Virus record (IMG/VR): IMGVR_UViG_3300027899_000001
Coordinates: 248,001-312,000 of that record
Reading direction: 5' to 3' (one strand)
DNA: 64,000 nt
Positions 45,635 to 55,527 of this stretch are shown piece by piece. Within the stretch, counting starts at the first letter, position 1, and each line of letters opens with the position of its first letter. The notes beneath the pieces are model-generated. The model did no database searches. It was not told the DNA's origin and was given only the letters and a program-made list of their open reading frames with translations. Both the position numbers and the translations under genes were made by a program.

Positions 45635-46910
45635 AATAACAAATTCTCCCCTTATAGAATTATTTTCGTTAGGAGATCTTTATATATCAGATTTTATTAA
45701 AACAGAAGGAGACTATAGAGGAACAAAAAAATGGGATTTAACATTGATGTTATCTCCAGATACTCAGTGCCTTCAGTTAAAAGAAAATGCAGATAAAGAT
45801 TTTATGTATGGCAAATATTGGTATCGTTCGGGTACTAATACTACTATGAAAATGGAACTTTTTGATATTGCTAATTCTTGTATGAATTTATCTAAAATAA
45901 AGGCAAAAAATGATGTAGATGATCCTTATGATAAATTAGTATTTTTAGACATAGCATCAAATGATGGAACATTATTATCATTTGTCAATAATAAGAAATA
46001 TGAACGGATAGGAATAGATCCAGCAGAAGGAAGTTTTCAAATTGAAGCAAAAAATAATTGTGATATTGCAGTTAAAGATTTTTTCTCAAAAGATGTTTAT
46101 GAAAAATGGGAACCAATAATATCTGGAGAATTAACTAAAGCTTCTATTGTTACATGTATTGCTATGTTTTATGATCTTGAAGATCCTCTTTTATTTCTTA
46201 AAGATGTTTACGATATTATGGAAGATGATGGTTTATTTGTTATTCAACAAAGTTATATGCCATTAATGATTAAACAACTTGCATTTGATAATATTTGTCA
46301 TGAACATGTATTTTATCATTCTTTATATTCAATGGAATATATGTTAAGGCAGATTGGATTTAAAGTAGTCGATGTTATATTAAATGATGTTAATGGCGGA
46401 AGCTTTAGAACATATATTCAAAAACAAAAAGCAAAGCCAGAATCTTTTGGATCTTCACCATATAGAGATGTAGCTCAAATGCGTCTACAATCACTCAGGG
46501 AATATGAGAAGACATTAAATCTTAAAGATAAGGAATCCTATATAAACTTTTGGAATGATATTCAAGAGTTAAAAAAACAGACTTGCGAATTTGTTATGAA
46601 AGCACATGAATCAGGAAAAAGTATATGGGTTTATGGCGCATCAACTAAAGGTAATACACTTCTTCAGTGGTTTGGATTAGATAATTTGTGGATAGATGGC
46701 GCTGCAGAAAGAAGCCCTTATAAATTTGGACTAAAAACAATAGGTACAAATATACCTATTCATTCTGAAGAAACCATGAGAAATATTCATCCAGATTATT
46801 TACTCGTTTTACCTTGGCATTTTATAGATGAATTTAAAGAAAGAGAAAAATCATATTTAGAAAAGGGTGGGCATTTTATTATACCATGTCCTAAATTTGA
46901 AATAATATAA
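45615..46910 (+). CDS. NDP-hexose C-methyltransferase (EryBIII/TylCIII/NovU-like)
   Basis: N-terminal Zn-binding 'CR...LG', 'DIASNDG.LL', 'HEH..Y.S', C-terminal 'GASTKGNTLL...PDY.L.LPW'. Confidence 0.85.
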   Translation: MKNTNCRITNSPLIELFSLGDLYISDFIKTEGDYRGTKKWDLTLMLSPDTQCLQLKENADKDFMYGKYWYRSGTNTTMKMELFDIANSCMNLSKIKAKNDVDDPYDKLVFLDIASNDGTLLSFVNNKKYERIGIDPAEGSFQIEAKNNCDIAVKDFFSKDVYEKWEPIISGELTKASIVTCIAMFYDLEDPLLFLKDVYDIMEDDGLFVIQQSYMPLMIKQLAFDNICHEHVFYHSLYSMEYMLRQIGFKVVDVILNDVNGGSFRTYIQKQKAKPESFGSSPYRDVAQMRLQSLREYEKTLNLKDKESYINFWNDIQELKKQTCEFVMKAHESGKSIWVYGASTKGNTLLQWFGLDNLWIDGAAERSPYKFGLKTIGTNIPIHSEETMRNIHPDYLLVLPWHFIDEFKEREKSYLEKGGHFIIPCPKFEII

Positions 46911-46916
46911 TTAAAA

Positions 46917-47696
46917 ATGAAAATATATGTAGATAAAGATGTAAATATATTTGAAGGAGAAGCTGCTGAAAAATTATTAAAAGAACATAATGACAAACAA
47001 TATTTTATAAAAAATGTAGGTGTTCCTAAAGTAGATATTGAACGTTGGAATGAAGCGCAATCATATGAACGAAAAACTTGGTGTGATTCTGCAGCTAAAA
47101 ACATGGAAACTGATCATAATGAAGAGCATGAAAAACACTTTGGTGGATATGAAGAATTAAATTTTATGCTTCCTAACACATATCTTAATATAATTGAATT
47201 AGGATGTGGGCCATTTACTAATTTACGATTAATAGTTCCAAAAATATATCATCTGCCTATTAAAAATATTGATTTATTAGATCCGCTTATAAACGAATAT
47301 ATCAATCATTCTCCATCCTGTGCATATAAAAACGGTTATTTAAATATGTTAAAAGTTAATTTATATAATTGTGCTATAGAAAATTATATAACAACAAAAG
47401 AATATCAATTAGTTGTAATGATAAATGTAATAGAACATTGTTTTGATGTTGATGAAATATTTAAAAAAATATCTAATATATTATGTGATAATGGTATTTT
47501 TATTTTTCATGATAAATTTATTAAAGAAAAAAATATTGATGAATTTTATGAAAGAATTTATGATTCTGGACATCCTTTAAAATTAACGTATAAATATATT
47601 GAAGATATAATAGAAACAAATTTTAAAACTTTATATACAAAATCATATATAGATCAATATGATAATGAATGTATATATAAAATACTTAAAAAATAA
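46917..47696 (+). CDS. Class I SAM methyltransferase
   Basis: 'IELGCGP', 'NVIEH'. Confidence 0.75.
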   Translation: MKIYVDKDVNIFEGEAAEKLLKEHNDKQYFIKNVGVPKVDIERWNEAQSYERKTWCDSAAKNMETDHNEEHEKHFGGYEELNFMLPNTYLNIIELGCGPFTNLRLIVPKIYHLPIKNIDLLDPLINEYINHSPSCAYKNGYLNMLKVNLYNCAIENYITTKEYQLVVMINVIEHCFDVDEIFKKISNILCDNGIFIFHDKFIKEKNIDEFYERIYDSGHPLKLTYKYIEDIIETNFKTLYTKSYIDQYDNECIYKILKK

Positions 47697-47701
47697 TTTT
47701 A

Positions 47702-47749
47702 ATGAATAAAAAAATAGCGCTTATCACCGGGATAACTGGCCCACATTAA
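47702..47749 (+). pseudogene. Stranded 5' remnant of gmd (MNKKIALITGITGPH*)
   Basis: Hand-translated; aligns with NKKIALVTGING at the start of the intact gmd. Confidence 0.8.
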
Positions 47750-47804
47750 ATATCAATTATGTCAGTAATTAAAATAATATATACAATAAACGATTTTATA
47801 TATT

Positions 47805-48566
47805 ATGGGAAGAAAAAAACAAGAAATTATATTTGAAAAAAGACTCTGCGAAGAATGCAGTAATGAATTTATAATAAATAAAAAATCAAAAAAGAGGTTT
47901 TGTTGTTCTATTTGTGCAAAAAGAAATAATGGAAAAAGAAATAAAGGAAAAAAACATTTTGATGAAATAAACAAAAAGAAAGGATTAATTGGAGAAAAAA
48001 ATCCAATGTTTGGAAGATCATATTATGATATTTGGATAAATAAATTTGGAAAAGAGATAGCAGACGAAAAATTAAATCAAATTAAAGAAAATAAAAAAGG
48101 TAAAAAACATACTAAAGAACATAATAAAAAAATAAGTGAATCATTACGTGGTTTAAAAAATCCTTTCTTTGGAAAAAAACATAAACCCGAGTCATTAGCA
48201 AAAATAAGTGAAAACCATAGAGATTGTAAAGATAAAAATAATCCTATGTTTGGGCAGGGCGATAAAATTAGAAGAGAAAAAAATGGTTCATGGTTTGGAG
48301 GAATAAGTAATGAGCCTTATGATACACTATTTAATGAAGAACTTAAAACTAAAGTAAGAATTAGAGATAATTATAAATGTGTTATTTGTGGAAAATCTGG
48401 GTATGTTGTGCATCATATAGATTATAATAAACATAATAGTATAGAAGAAAACTTAGTAACTTTGTGTAAAAGTGATCATATGAAAACAAATTCTCATAGA
48501 GATAGTTGGATAGAATTTTTTAAATCGATAATAAATATGTTGTATGAGTATAAAATTAAGCAATAA
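47805..48566 (+). mobile_element. Free-standing HNH endonuclease with NUMOD3-like repeats
   Basis: 'NPMFG/NPFFG' repeats; C-terminal 'RDNYKC..C...VHHIDYNK.N....NL.TLC..H'. Confidence 0.8.
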
Positions 48567-49608
48567 AAAAATTGCCCTGGTGACTGGTATCAACGGGCAA
48601 GATGGTTCCTATTTGGCTGAACTACTTTTATCAAAGGGATATATTGTGCATGGCATAATAAGAAGAGCATCTTCTTTTAATACACAACGCATTGATCATA
48701 TTTTTTCAAATTCAAATTTAACATTACATTTTGGTGATGTAACTGATGCATTAGCAATTGATGATCTTATAAAAAATCTTCAGCCTACTGAAATTTATCA
48801 TTTAGCAGCGCAATCACATGTTAAAGTTTCTTTTGATCTTCCAAGATATACAGCAGAAGTAGATGCAATTGGAACATTAAATATTCTTGAATCTATAAGA
48901 AAACATTCTCCAAAAACAAAATTATATAATGCATGTACATCAGAATTATTTGGAAAAGCCTCAGAAATTCCTCAAAAAGAAACTACAAGATTTCACCCAA
49001 GAAGTCCATATGGAGTAGCAAAATTATATTCATATTGGATTCTTGAAAATTATGTAGAATCTTATGGAATATTTGCAATTAATGGCATACTTTTTAATCA
49101 TGAAAGTGAAAGACGAGGCGAAACATTTGTTACAAGAAAAATAACAATCGGATTATCTAAATTCTCAAATAGTTATCAGGTTGTTCAAAATTATAAACAA
49201 ATTGTTCCGCCATTGTCTATGGGAAATCTTTATTCTAAAAGAGATTGGGGATATGCACCAGATTATGTTGAGGCTATGTGGATGATGCTTCAACAAGAAA
49301 ATCCAGAAACCTTTGTTATTGCAACAGGAGAAACTCACACGATAAAAGAATTTATTGATGAAGCTATTAAATATACTCCATTTAGTGGAAAAGTTAAATG
49401 GATAGGAGAAGGCGTAGATGAAAAACTTATGTATAATAATATAATACTTATAGAAATTGATCCTAAATATTATAGGCCTGCTGAAGTAGAACATCTTGTA
49501 GGAGATTATTATAAAGCAAAAACTAAACTTAAGTGGAAACCAACAACAACATTTCATGAATTAGTTAGAAAAATGATGATTTGCGATTTAGAACAATTTA
49601 GTAAATAA
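48544..49608 (+). CDS. gmd: GDP-mannose 4,6-dehydratase
   Basis: 'TGINGQDGSYLAE.LL.KGY.VHG..RR', 'LAAQSHV', 'PRSPYGVAK', 'FNHES.RRG.TFVTRKI', 'RDWG'. Confidence 0.95.
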   Translation: MSIKLSNKKIALVTGINGQDGSYLAELLLSKGYIVHGIIRRASSFNTQRIDHIFSNSNLTLHFGDVTDALAIDDLIKNLQPTEIYHLAAQSHVKVSFDLPRYTAEVDAIGTLNILESIRKHSPKTKLYNACTSELFGKASEIPQKETTRFHPRSPYGVAKLYSYWILENYVESYGIFAINGILFNHESERRGETFVTRKITIGLSKFSNSYQVVQNYKQIVPPLSMGNLYSKRDWGYAPDYVEAMWMMLQQENPETFVIATGETHTIKEFIDEAIKYTPFSGKVKWIGEGVDEKLMYNNIILIEIDPKYYRPAEVEHLVGDYYKAKTKLKWKPTTTFHELVRKMMICDLEQFSK

Positions 49609-49614
49609 AAAAAT

Positions 49615-50316
49615 ATGCTAACTATTCTTTATAGAGCCTGTGATAAAGAATTAATATATCCTTTAACACGTAAAGAAAGGCCATCTTGGTTTAATAAAAT
49701 AAATTGTTTTAATTCATTATATAAAAGTATTTTGAGTAGTAAATATAAAAACGATATAAATGTTATTGTTTTTATGGATGGTGATAAATGTATTTTATCA
49801 GATTTTATAGAAGAATGTGGATATACTATTATTTATAATAAATTAAATTCAGGACCTAATTCATTAAAATATCAACTTGATTTTTCTGATGATATAGATA
49901 CTGACATATATTTTGTCGAAGATGATTATTTGCATATTACAGAAGCGATTGATCATTTATATATGGGTGTAAAAAAATTTGGTTTAATAACAGGATATGA
50001 TTGTATAGACAGATATGTTAGAACTGACGACATTACTAAAGACAAAGAATCTATTTATTTTTATAATGGAAGACATTGGAGAACTGCTGAAAGTACTACT
50101 TTAACGTGGGCTGTATCAAAAGAATTAAAATCTATTATAATATCAAATTTTAAAACTTATGGATGGCGTGATAGAGTATTTTTTAGAAACATGTTTGAAA
50201 AAGGAATAAGATTATATCAACCAATACCTGGCGTATCTACTCATGTACATGAACCATTTTTATCTCCCGGTATTAATTGGGAAGAAATAAATAATATGAA
50301 TTCTAAAAAAATATAA
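49615..50316 (+). CDS. Putative GT-A glycosyltransferase
   Basis: 'IYFVEDDYLH'. Confidence 0.6.
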   Translation: MLTILYRACDKELIYPLTRKERPSWFNKINCFNSLYKSILSSKYKNDINVIVFMDGDKCILSDFIEECGYTIIYNKLNSGPNSLKYQLDFSDDIDTDIYFVEDDYLHITEAIDHLYMGVKKFGLITGYDCIDRYVRTDDITKDKESIYFYNGRHWRTAESTTLTWAVSKELKSIIISNFKTYGWRDRVFFRNMFEKGIRLYQPIPGVSTHVHEPFLSPGINWEEINNMNSKKI

Positions 50317-50317
50317 A

Positions 50318-51022
50318 ATGAAACTTTTAATTTTAATATTAGGGGCAAATGACCAAACCAGCACAAATTTAATAGAAAATGGTATACTACCCACGTGGGG
50401 GCAAGATGTTTCTAATGATATTCAAATAATGTATTATTATGGAGATAAACCTAAAAATGAAATTGTAGGAAATAATATATTTTTAACCACATCTGATGCA
50501 TATGGAATTCCGATGTTTAAAAAAACTTGTGATGCATTTCAACTAGTTTTTGATAATATTGATTTTGATATAATGTTTAGAACTAATGTTAGTACATATG
50601 TAAGAACAAAATATCTTCATAAAATTTTATCTGAGCAAAAACCCATCGATTTATTTGGATCTGCTATTCCTAGTAATGTAGTTCCAGGAACATTTACAGG
50701 AATAACTGCGGTTTTTTCAAAAGATGTTATTGGAAAAATATTAGAAAATAGAAATGCGACAAACCCCGTTAAAGAACCCGAAGATATGGCAATAGAATAT
50801 CTTTTAAAAAATAAAATTTTTAAAGATTCATATACATATCTTTTTAAAAATTTTAAAAGATTTGATATCTTAGAAAATTCTATTCTACGATTACAAGATC
50901 CGTTATTTTTTTTAAAACATAATGATGAATATACATTTAGATGTAAAACTGTTAATGGAAATAGAAACATGGATGTTGAAAAAATGAAACAATTATATAA
51001 AATATTTAATAGTAATATATAA
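50318..51022 (+). CDS. Putative glycosyltransferase, GT31/fringe-like
   Basis: 'TWG', 'K...AF......FD...RTN..TYV', 'EDMAI'. Confidence 0.55.
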   Translation: MKLLILILGANDQTSTNLIENGILPTWGQDVSNDIQIMYYYGDKPKNEIVGNNIFLTTSDAYGIPMFKKTCDAFQLVFDNIDFDIMFRTNVSTYVRTKYLHKILSEQKPIDLFGSAIPSNVVPGTFTGITAVFSKDVIGKILENRNATNPVKEPEDMAIEYLLKNKIFKDSYTYLFKNFKRFDILENSILRLQDPLFFLKHNDEYTFRCKTVNGNRNMDVEKMKQLYKIFNSNI

Positions 51023-51031
51023 ATAAAACTT

Positions 51032-51592
51032 ATGTATTGGGAAAAAATTTATGGTTGGTTTACATTTCAAACATTATATGATGAAATGGTTAAAAAATAT
51101 GATAATGCTATCTTTGTTGAAATTGGCACATTTAAAGGGAAGTCTATTGTATACTTAGCTGAAGAAGTAAAAAAAGCAAATAAAAATATTAAAATCTATG
51201 GAATTGATTTATTTATCGTTGATGGGCAAATGATATTTAATAGCCCTGATCTTAAAACTCCAAAGGGATATAATTTTTATGAAGAATTTATACGAAATAT
51301 TGAGCCAGTAAAAGAATACATTACTCCTATACAAATGAGTAGTTTAGATGCTTATAAAGAATTTGAAGATGAAAGCGTAGATTTTTTATTTATTGATGGA
51401 GAACATCTATATGAAATAGTCATTGAAGAATTAAATTTGTGGTATCCCAAAATTAAAAAGGGTGGTATTATCGGCGGTCATGATTATTGGTGGGGCGATG
51501 GAGGCGTAAAAAAAGCAGTAGGAGAATTTTTTCCAATGGGTGAAATTAAAATTGAATCAGATGATTCAACTTGGACAGTTTATAAATCATAA
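51032..51592 (+). CDS. Class I SAM methyltransferase (Methyltransf_24-like)
   Basis: 'VEIGTFKGKS', 'DFLFIDGEH.YE', 'K.GG.I.GHDY'. Confidence 0.85.
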   Translation: MYWEKIYGWFTFQTLYDEMVKKYDNAIFVEIGTFKGKSIVYLAEEVKKANKNIKIYGIDLFIVDGQMIFNSPDLKTPKGYNFYEEFIRNIEPVKEYITPIQMSSLDAYKEFEDESVDFLFIDGEHLYEIVIEELNLWYPKIKKGGIIGGHDYWWGDGGVKKAVGEFFPMGEIKIESDDSTWTVYKS

Positions 51593-51604
51593 AAAAATAA
51601 AAAT

Positions 51605-52207
51605 ATGGACAGACCTGGGCAATTAAATAGAGAAACGGTAATAGGAAAAAAAATATATGAATTAACAACACTTCCTGAAATTTCTACAGTAGTTGATATT
51701 GGAACATGGAATGGTAATGGAAGTACTCGATGTATTTATGAAGGAATATTAGAGAGTAGAAAAAAAGATTATAAAGTTTTATCGTTTGAAATTGATAGAA
51801 ATTTTTATAAACAAGCAAAATTTAATTTATTTCCTCCTTTAAACAATTTTGATTTAGTTTATGGATCTTTAGTATCTTATGAAGAACTAATAAAGCAACG
51901 AGAAATTTATGGCAATCATAAATGGTTAGAAGAAGATTTAGTAAATTTATCAAAGGCTCCTTATGTATTTAATATGGTGCCCGAGAAAATTAATTTATGT
52001 GTAATGGATGGAGGAGAATTTTCAGGATATATAGAATTTACTAAATTATGGAAAAGATGTGATTACATTGTATTAGATGATACTCTTACATATAAACACA
52101 CGGAAAGTAGAAAATTTATACTCGATAATTTAGATGATTTTACTGTAATTTATGATAATATTAATGAAAGAAATGGTTGTATGATAGTTAATGTTAAACA
52201 GAAATAA
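51605..52207 (+). CDS. Methyltransferase-like protein
   Basis: 'VDIGTWNG.GST', 'MDGGEF', 'LDD'. Confidence 0.55.
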   Translation: MDRPGQLNRETVIGKKIYELTTLPEISTVVDIGTWNGNGSTRCIYEGILESRKKDYKVLSFEIDRNFYKQAKFNLFPPLNNFDLVYGSLVSYEELIKQREIYGNHKWLEEDLVNLSKAPYVFNMVPEKINLCVMDGGEFSGYIEFTKLWKRCDYIVLDDTLTYKHTESRKFILDNLDDFTVIYDNINERNGCMIVNVKQK

Positions 52208-52967
52208 AATGAAAGTACTTTTAGTAACACTTGCGATAGGAGAAGCTTATTTAAAACAATATGAATTATTATTTAAACAAAGTCAAGAAAACTACGCCAA
52301 AAGATATAAATATGATTTTAAAGTAATTACAGATTTTTTAGATAAAGATAAAAATAATCAACTTAAATCTACTATTACTTTTAATAAGATATTAGTATGT
52401 AGTCAAGAATGGTCAAAAGACTATGATTTAATAATATTTGTTGATGCAGATATTTTAATTAGTGTTTGGGCTCCACCGTTGCATAATTATATGGATTATG
52501 AGAATCTTATTGGAATGGTTGATGAATTTTCTCAACCAACAAAAGCTAAAAGATTAGAACTACATAAGAGACAGAAATGGGAAGCAAATGCTGTTGAATT
52601 TTATAAATTATGTGATTTAGATATTGAAACAGATATGGTTTTTAATACAGGCGTAATGGTAATGCAACCAAAAATACATGCAGATTTTTTAGAAGGCATA
52701 TATAAAAAATATATAGAAAAATCAAAAACACATAAAAGAGGCTACATTTTTGAAGAAACTTGTATAAGTTATGAAATGCAAAAAAATAATTTATATAAAA
52801 TTTTACCTAATAAATTTAATGCTCTTTGGGCATTAATAGCTTGGGATAATATAGATAATATACTTCTAGAAGATTTTTTTAGAGATAACTATTTTACACA
52901 TTTCGCAGGACAAGCAGAACTTGCTAAAGTACCTGCATTACATAAACAATATAATACTCTTTTTTAA
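52191..52967 (+). CDS. GT-A glycosyltransferase (GT34/GT8-like; likely start 52209)
   Basis: 'FVDADIL', 'FNTGVM', 'THFAG'. Confidence 0.65.
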   Translation: MLNRNKMKVLLVTLAIGEAYLKQYELLFKQSQENYAKRYKYDFKVITDFLDKDKNNQLKSTITFNKILVCSQEWSKDYDLIIFVDADILISVWAPPLHNYMDYENLIGMVDEFSQPTKAKRLELHKRQKWEANAVEFYKLCDLDIETDMVFNTGVMVMQPKIHADFLEGIYKKYIEKSKTHKRGYIFEETCISYEMQKNNLYKILPNKFNALWALIAWDNIDNILLEDFFRDNYFTHFAGQAELAKVPALHKQYNTLF

Positions 52968-53817
52968 AATGTTTGATTTTATAAATGGAAATAAATTTTG
53001 CGATTTTGCAACGTATTCTATATTCCCTTGGGATAATTTGCATTGGACAAATGATATATTACGAAAAAATGCTATTATATATGTTAAAACAGATTTTATT
53101 CAAGATGTATTTAATCAATTAAAATTTTCATCTAATAAATATGTTTTAATAACGCATATGTCCGATTATGCGATAACAGAAAATATATTTAAAAGTCGTC
53201 CTTCTTGTATTAAAAAATGGTTTGCTCAAAATGCTGTATATGATCACCCCGATCTTATTCCAATTCCAATTGGTATAGAAAATCATAAAGGAAATCAAAA
53301 AGGAAAATCAACAGATCATCAGTGGTTATCAGAAAACTTAGAAATATTACGTGCTAATCCTAAAAATGAAAAAATACTTTATTGTAACTGGTATACTCCA
53401 AATAATCCTGTTGCTCGTACTGGAATACTACAAAAATTACGAAATAATAATGTTCAATATATCTGGGATAGACAAGGAGGAGAAGAAGATAATAAAGAAA
53501 ATGATAATAAAATAGCTAAACTTACATATTATCAATATTGTGATCACGTATCACGTTATAAATTTATGGTGTGTCCTCCAGGACATGGCGTTTCTATTCA
53601 TCAACCATTTGAAGCTATGTATTTTGGATGTGTTCCTATAGTTATACGACACAGAATTTATAATAATTGTGAAGATATGCCAATGATTCAGGTAAATGAT
53701 TGGACAGAAGTAAACTATAACTTACTTGAAGCATATAATAATAAAATAGTTAATAATGAAAAAATTTATATGCCTTATTGGGAAAACTTAATTACAACTG
53801 AATTTAATAAATTATGA
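52921..53817 (+). CDS. Exostosin-like (GT47-type) glycosyltransferase (likely start 52969)
   Basis: 'YKF..CPPG.G...H..FEA.Y.GCVPIV'. Confidence 0.65.
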   Translation: MLKYLHYINNIILFFKMFDFINGNKFCDFATYSIFPWDNLHWTNDILRKNAIIYVKTDFIQDVFNQLKFSSNKYVLITHMSDYAITENIFKSRPSCIKKWFAQNAVYDHPDLIPIPIGIENHKGNQKGKSTDHQWLSENLEILRANPKNEKILYCNWYTPNNPVARTGILQKLRNNNVQYIWDRQGGEEDNKENDNKIAKLTYYQYCDHVSRYKFMVCPPGHGVSIHQPFEAMYFGCVPIVIRHRIYNNCEDMPMIQVNDWTEVNYNLLEAYNNKIVNNEKIYMPYWENLITTEFNKL

Positions 53818-54896
53818 GAGTAATAGTCATTGGTGCAGGTATTCATGGATTAAGTACAGCAATTACATTAGCTAATAACGGATTTGATGTTACAGTATTA
53901 GAACAAAATAATGCTATAATGTCAGGCACATCTAATGCTACACATAATCGTGCTCATTTAGGATTTCATTATCCACGATCATATGAAACCGCATTAGAAT
54001 GTATGAATGGATTAGACTTATTTAAACAAAAGTATAACGATGTTCTAGTTTATCCTAAAAAAAATTATTATCTTATTTCAGATATTTCAAATGTAACATT
54101 TGAAGAATATGAGAATTTTTGTAATCATATTAATGTACCATATAAAATAGAAATGCCTACGGGATATGTTTATGAAGAACATATTACTGGTGCTATATTA
54201 GTAAATGAACCTATATTTGATATAAAAAAATTAAAAACACTACTCTTTTCTGAATTATTAAACAATGGAATTTCTATACATGTTAACGCTAAAGTAACTG
54301 GATTTTATCCATTTTCGACAAATTCAGATTATACTGTTATTACAACAAATGGTACTTTTAAAACTGATTTAATAATAAATGCAACCTATGCTTTTTCAAA
54401 TAATACTCTTAAAATTTTAGGATTAGAAGAAGATATGACAGAATATTATTTACAAGATACTGAAGTAGTAGTTGTAAAAAGTCCAGTTTCTTTACCATCA
54501 TTAACAATTATGGATGGAAAGTTTTTTTCTATAATGGAATATGCTAATGAAATTACAAATTTATATTTATTATATGATGTTGTCAATTCCATTTTATCAA
54601 AAGAAGAAGGCTATTATTACACTCCAAAAAAATATGAAACAAATTTTAAAAAGATTATAGAACACGGCTCAGAATATTTTCCATTTTTTAAAGATCTTGA
54701 ATATGTTGAATCTTGGTATGGATCACGACCAATACCAGTTAAAATTACTACTGATGCAAGAACTACAAGAATTGTTTCACATAAAAAATATAAAGGAATT
54801 TATTCAATTTTAGAAGGTAAATTTATATCAGCTCCTTTAATTGCTAATAAAGTTGTCTCATTAATACAAACAGAATTATATGAAAAAAATAATTAG
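53814..54896 (+). CDS. FAD-dependent oxidoreductase
   Basis: 'VIGAGIHG', 'GTS...HNR.HLG.HYPRS'. Confidence 0.85.
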   Translation: MRVIVIGAGIHGLSTAITLANNGFDVTVLEQNNAIMSGTSNATHNRAHLGFHYPRSYETALECMNGLDLFKQKYNDVLVYPKKNYYLISDISNVTFEEYENFCNHINVPYKIEMPTGYVYEEHITGAILVNEPIFDIKKLKTLLFSELLNNGISIHVNAKVTGFYPFSTNSDYTVITTNGTFKTDLIINATYAFSNNTLKILGLEEDMTEYYLQDTEVVVVKSPVSLPSLTIMDGKFFSIMEYANEITNLYLLYDVVNSILSKEEGYYYTPKKYETNFKKIIEHGSEYFPFFKDLEYVESWYGSRPIPVKITTDARTTRIVSHKKYKGIYSILEGKFISAPLIANKVVSLIQTELYEKNN

Positions 54897-55527
54897 TTTT
54901 TCACTTTGGGGCGATAATCCAAAATATTTGCAAGGAGCTATTGAAAATATTAAATTACAAAAACAATTATTTCCAGATTGGATTTGTAGATTTTATTATC
55001 ATGAATCAATAAATCATAGATATATTTCAGAATTATATCACGATGGTGCTGAAATAATTATAAAACATGAAAATCCTGTAATTAAACATATGGACGCTCC
55101 AGGAATGTTTTGGAGATTTGAAGTTCTTAAGGATAGTGATGTAGAAAGATTTATAGTTAGAGATTGTGATGGAAGATTATCTCAACGAGAAGTAAATTGT
55201 GTAAAAGATTGGGAATTTTCTGAAAAGGAATTTCATATTATAAGAGATCATATTCATCATAATACTAAAATTATGGGCGGTGTGTGGGGAGCAACAAAAG
55301 AATTTATAAATAGAATAGATTATGATGATCTGTTAAAACAATTTAACACATTACAATATAATAATATATATGCTTCTGATCAAGAATTTCTTGCAAGAAT
55401 GATATATCCTTTAATTAAAGAATCTGCATGTATTCATGATGATTGGGATAGATATCGTGAAAACGCAAAAAAAATACCTCACATGAGAGAAGAAAATCAT
55501 TTTATAGGAGAACCAATAGAATTATGA
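54880..55527 (+). CDS. Putative glycosyltransferase (viral 'FSLWG...RDCD...RE' family)
   Basis: 'SFSLWG..PKY..GA.EN', 'MFWRF', 'RDCD.R...RE', 'RDH..H', 'DQ.FL'. Confidence 0.55.
   Translation: MKKIISFSLWGDNPKYLQGAIENIKLQKQLFPDWICRFYYHESINHRYISELYHDGAEIIIKHENPVIKHMDAPGMFWRFEVLKDSDVERFIVRDCDGRLSQREVNCVKDWEFSEKEFHIIRDHIHHNTKIMGGVWGATKEFINRIDYDDLLKQFNTLQYNNIYASDQEFLARMIYPLIKESACIHDDWDRYRENAKKIPHMREENHFIGEPIEL

Noticed and set aside
47702-48600. Group I intron splitting gmd
   Set aside because: The downstream copy has its own ATG and a complete duplicated N-terminus. The 55-nt spacer before the HNH ORF is too short and AT-rich for an intron core, and no P/Q/R/S elements were seen.
52950-52967. 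YNTLF C-terminus as a fourth clamp tag
   Set aside because: It lacks the K-x-K part; noted but not counted.
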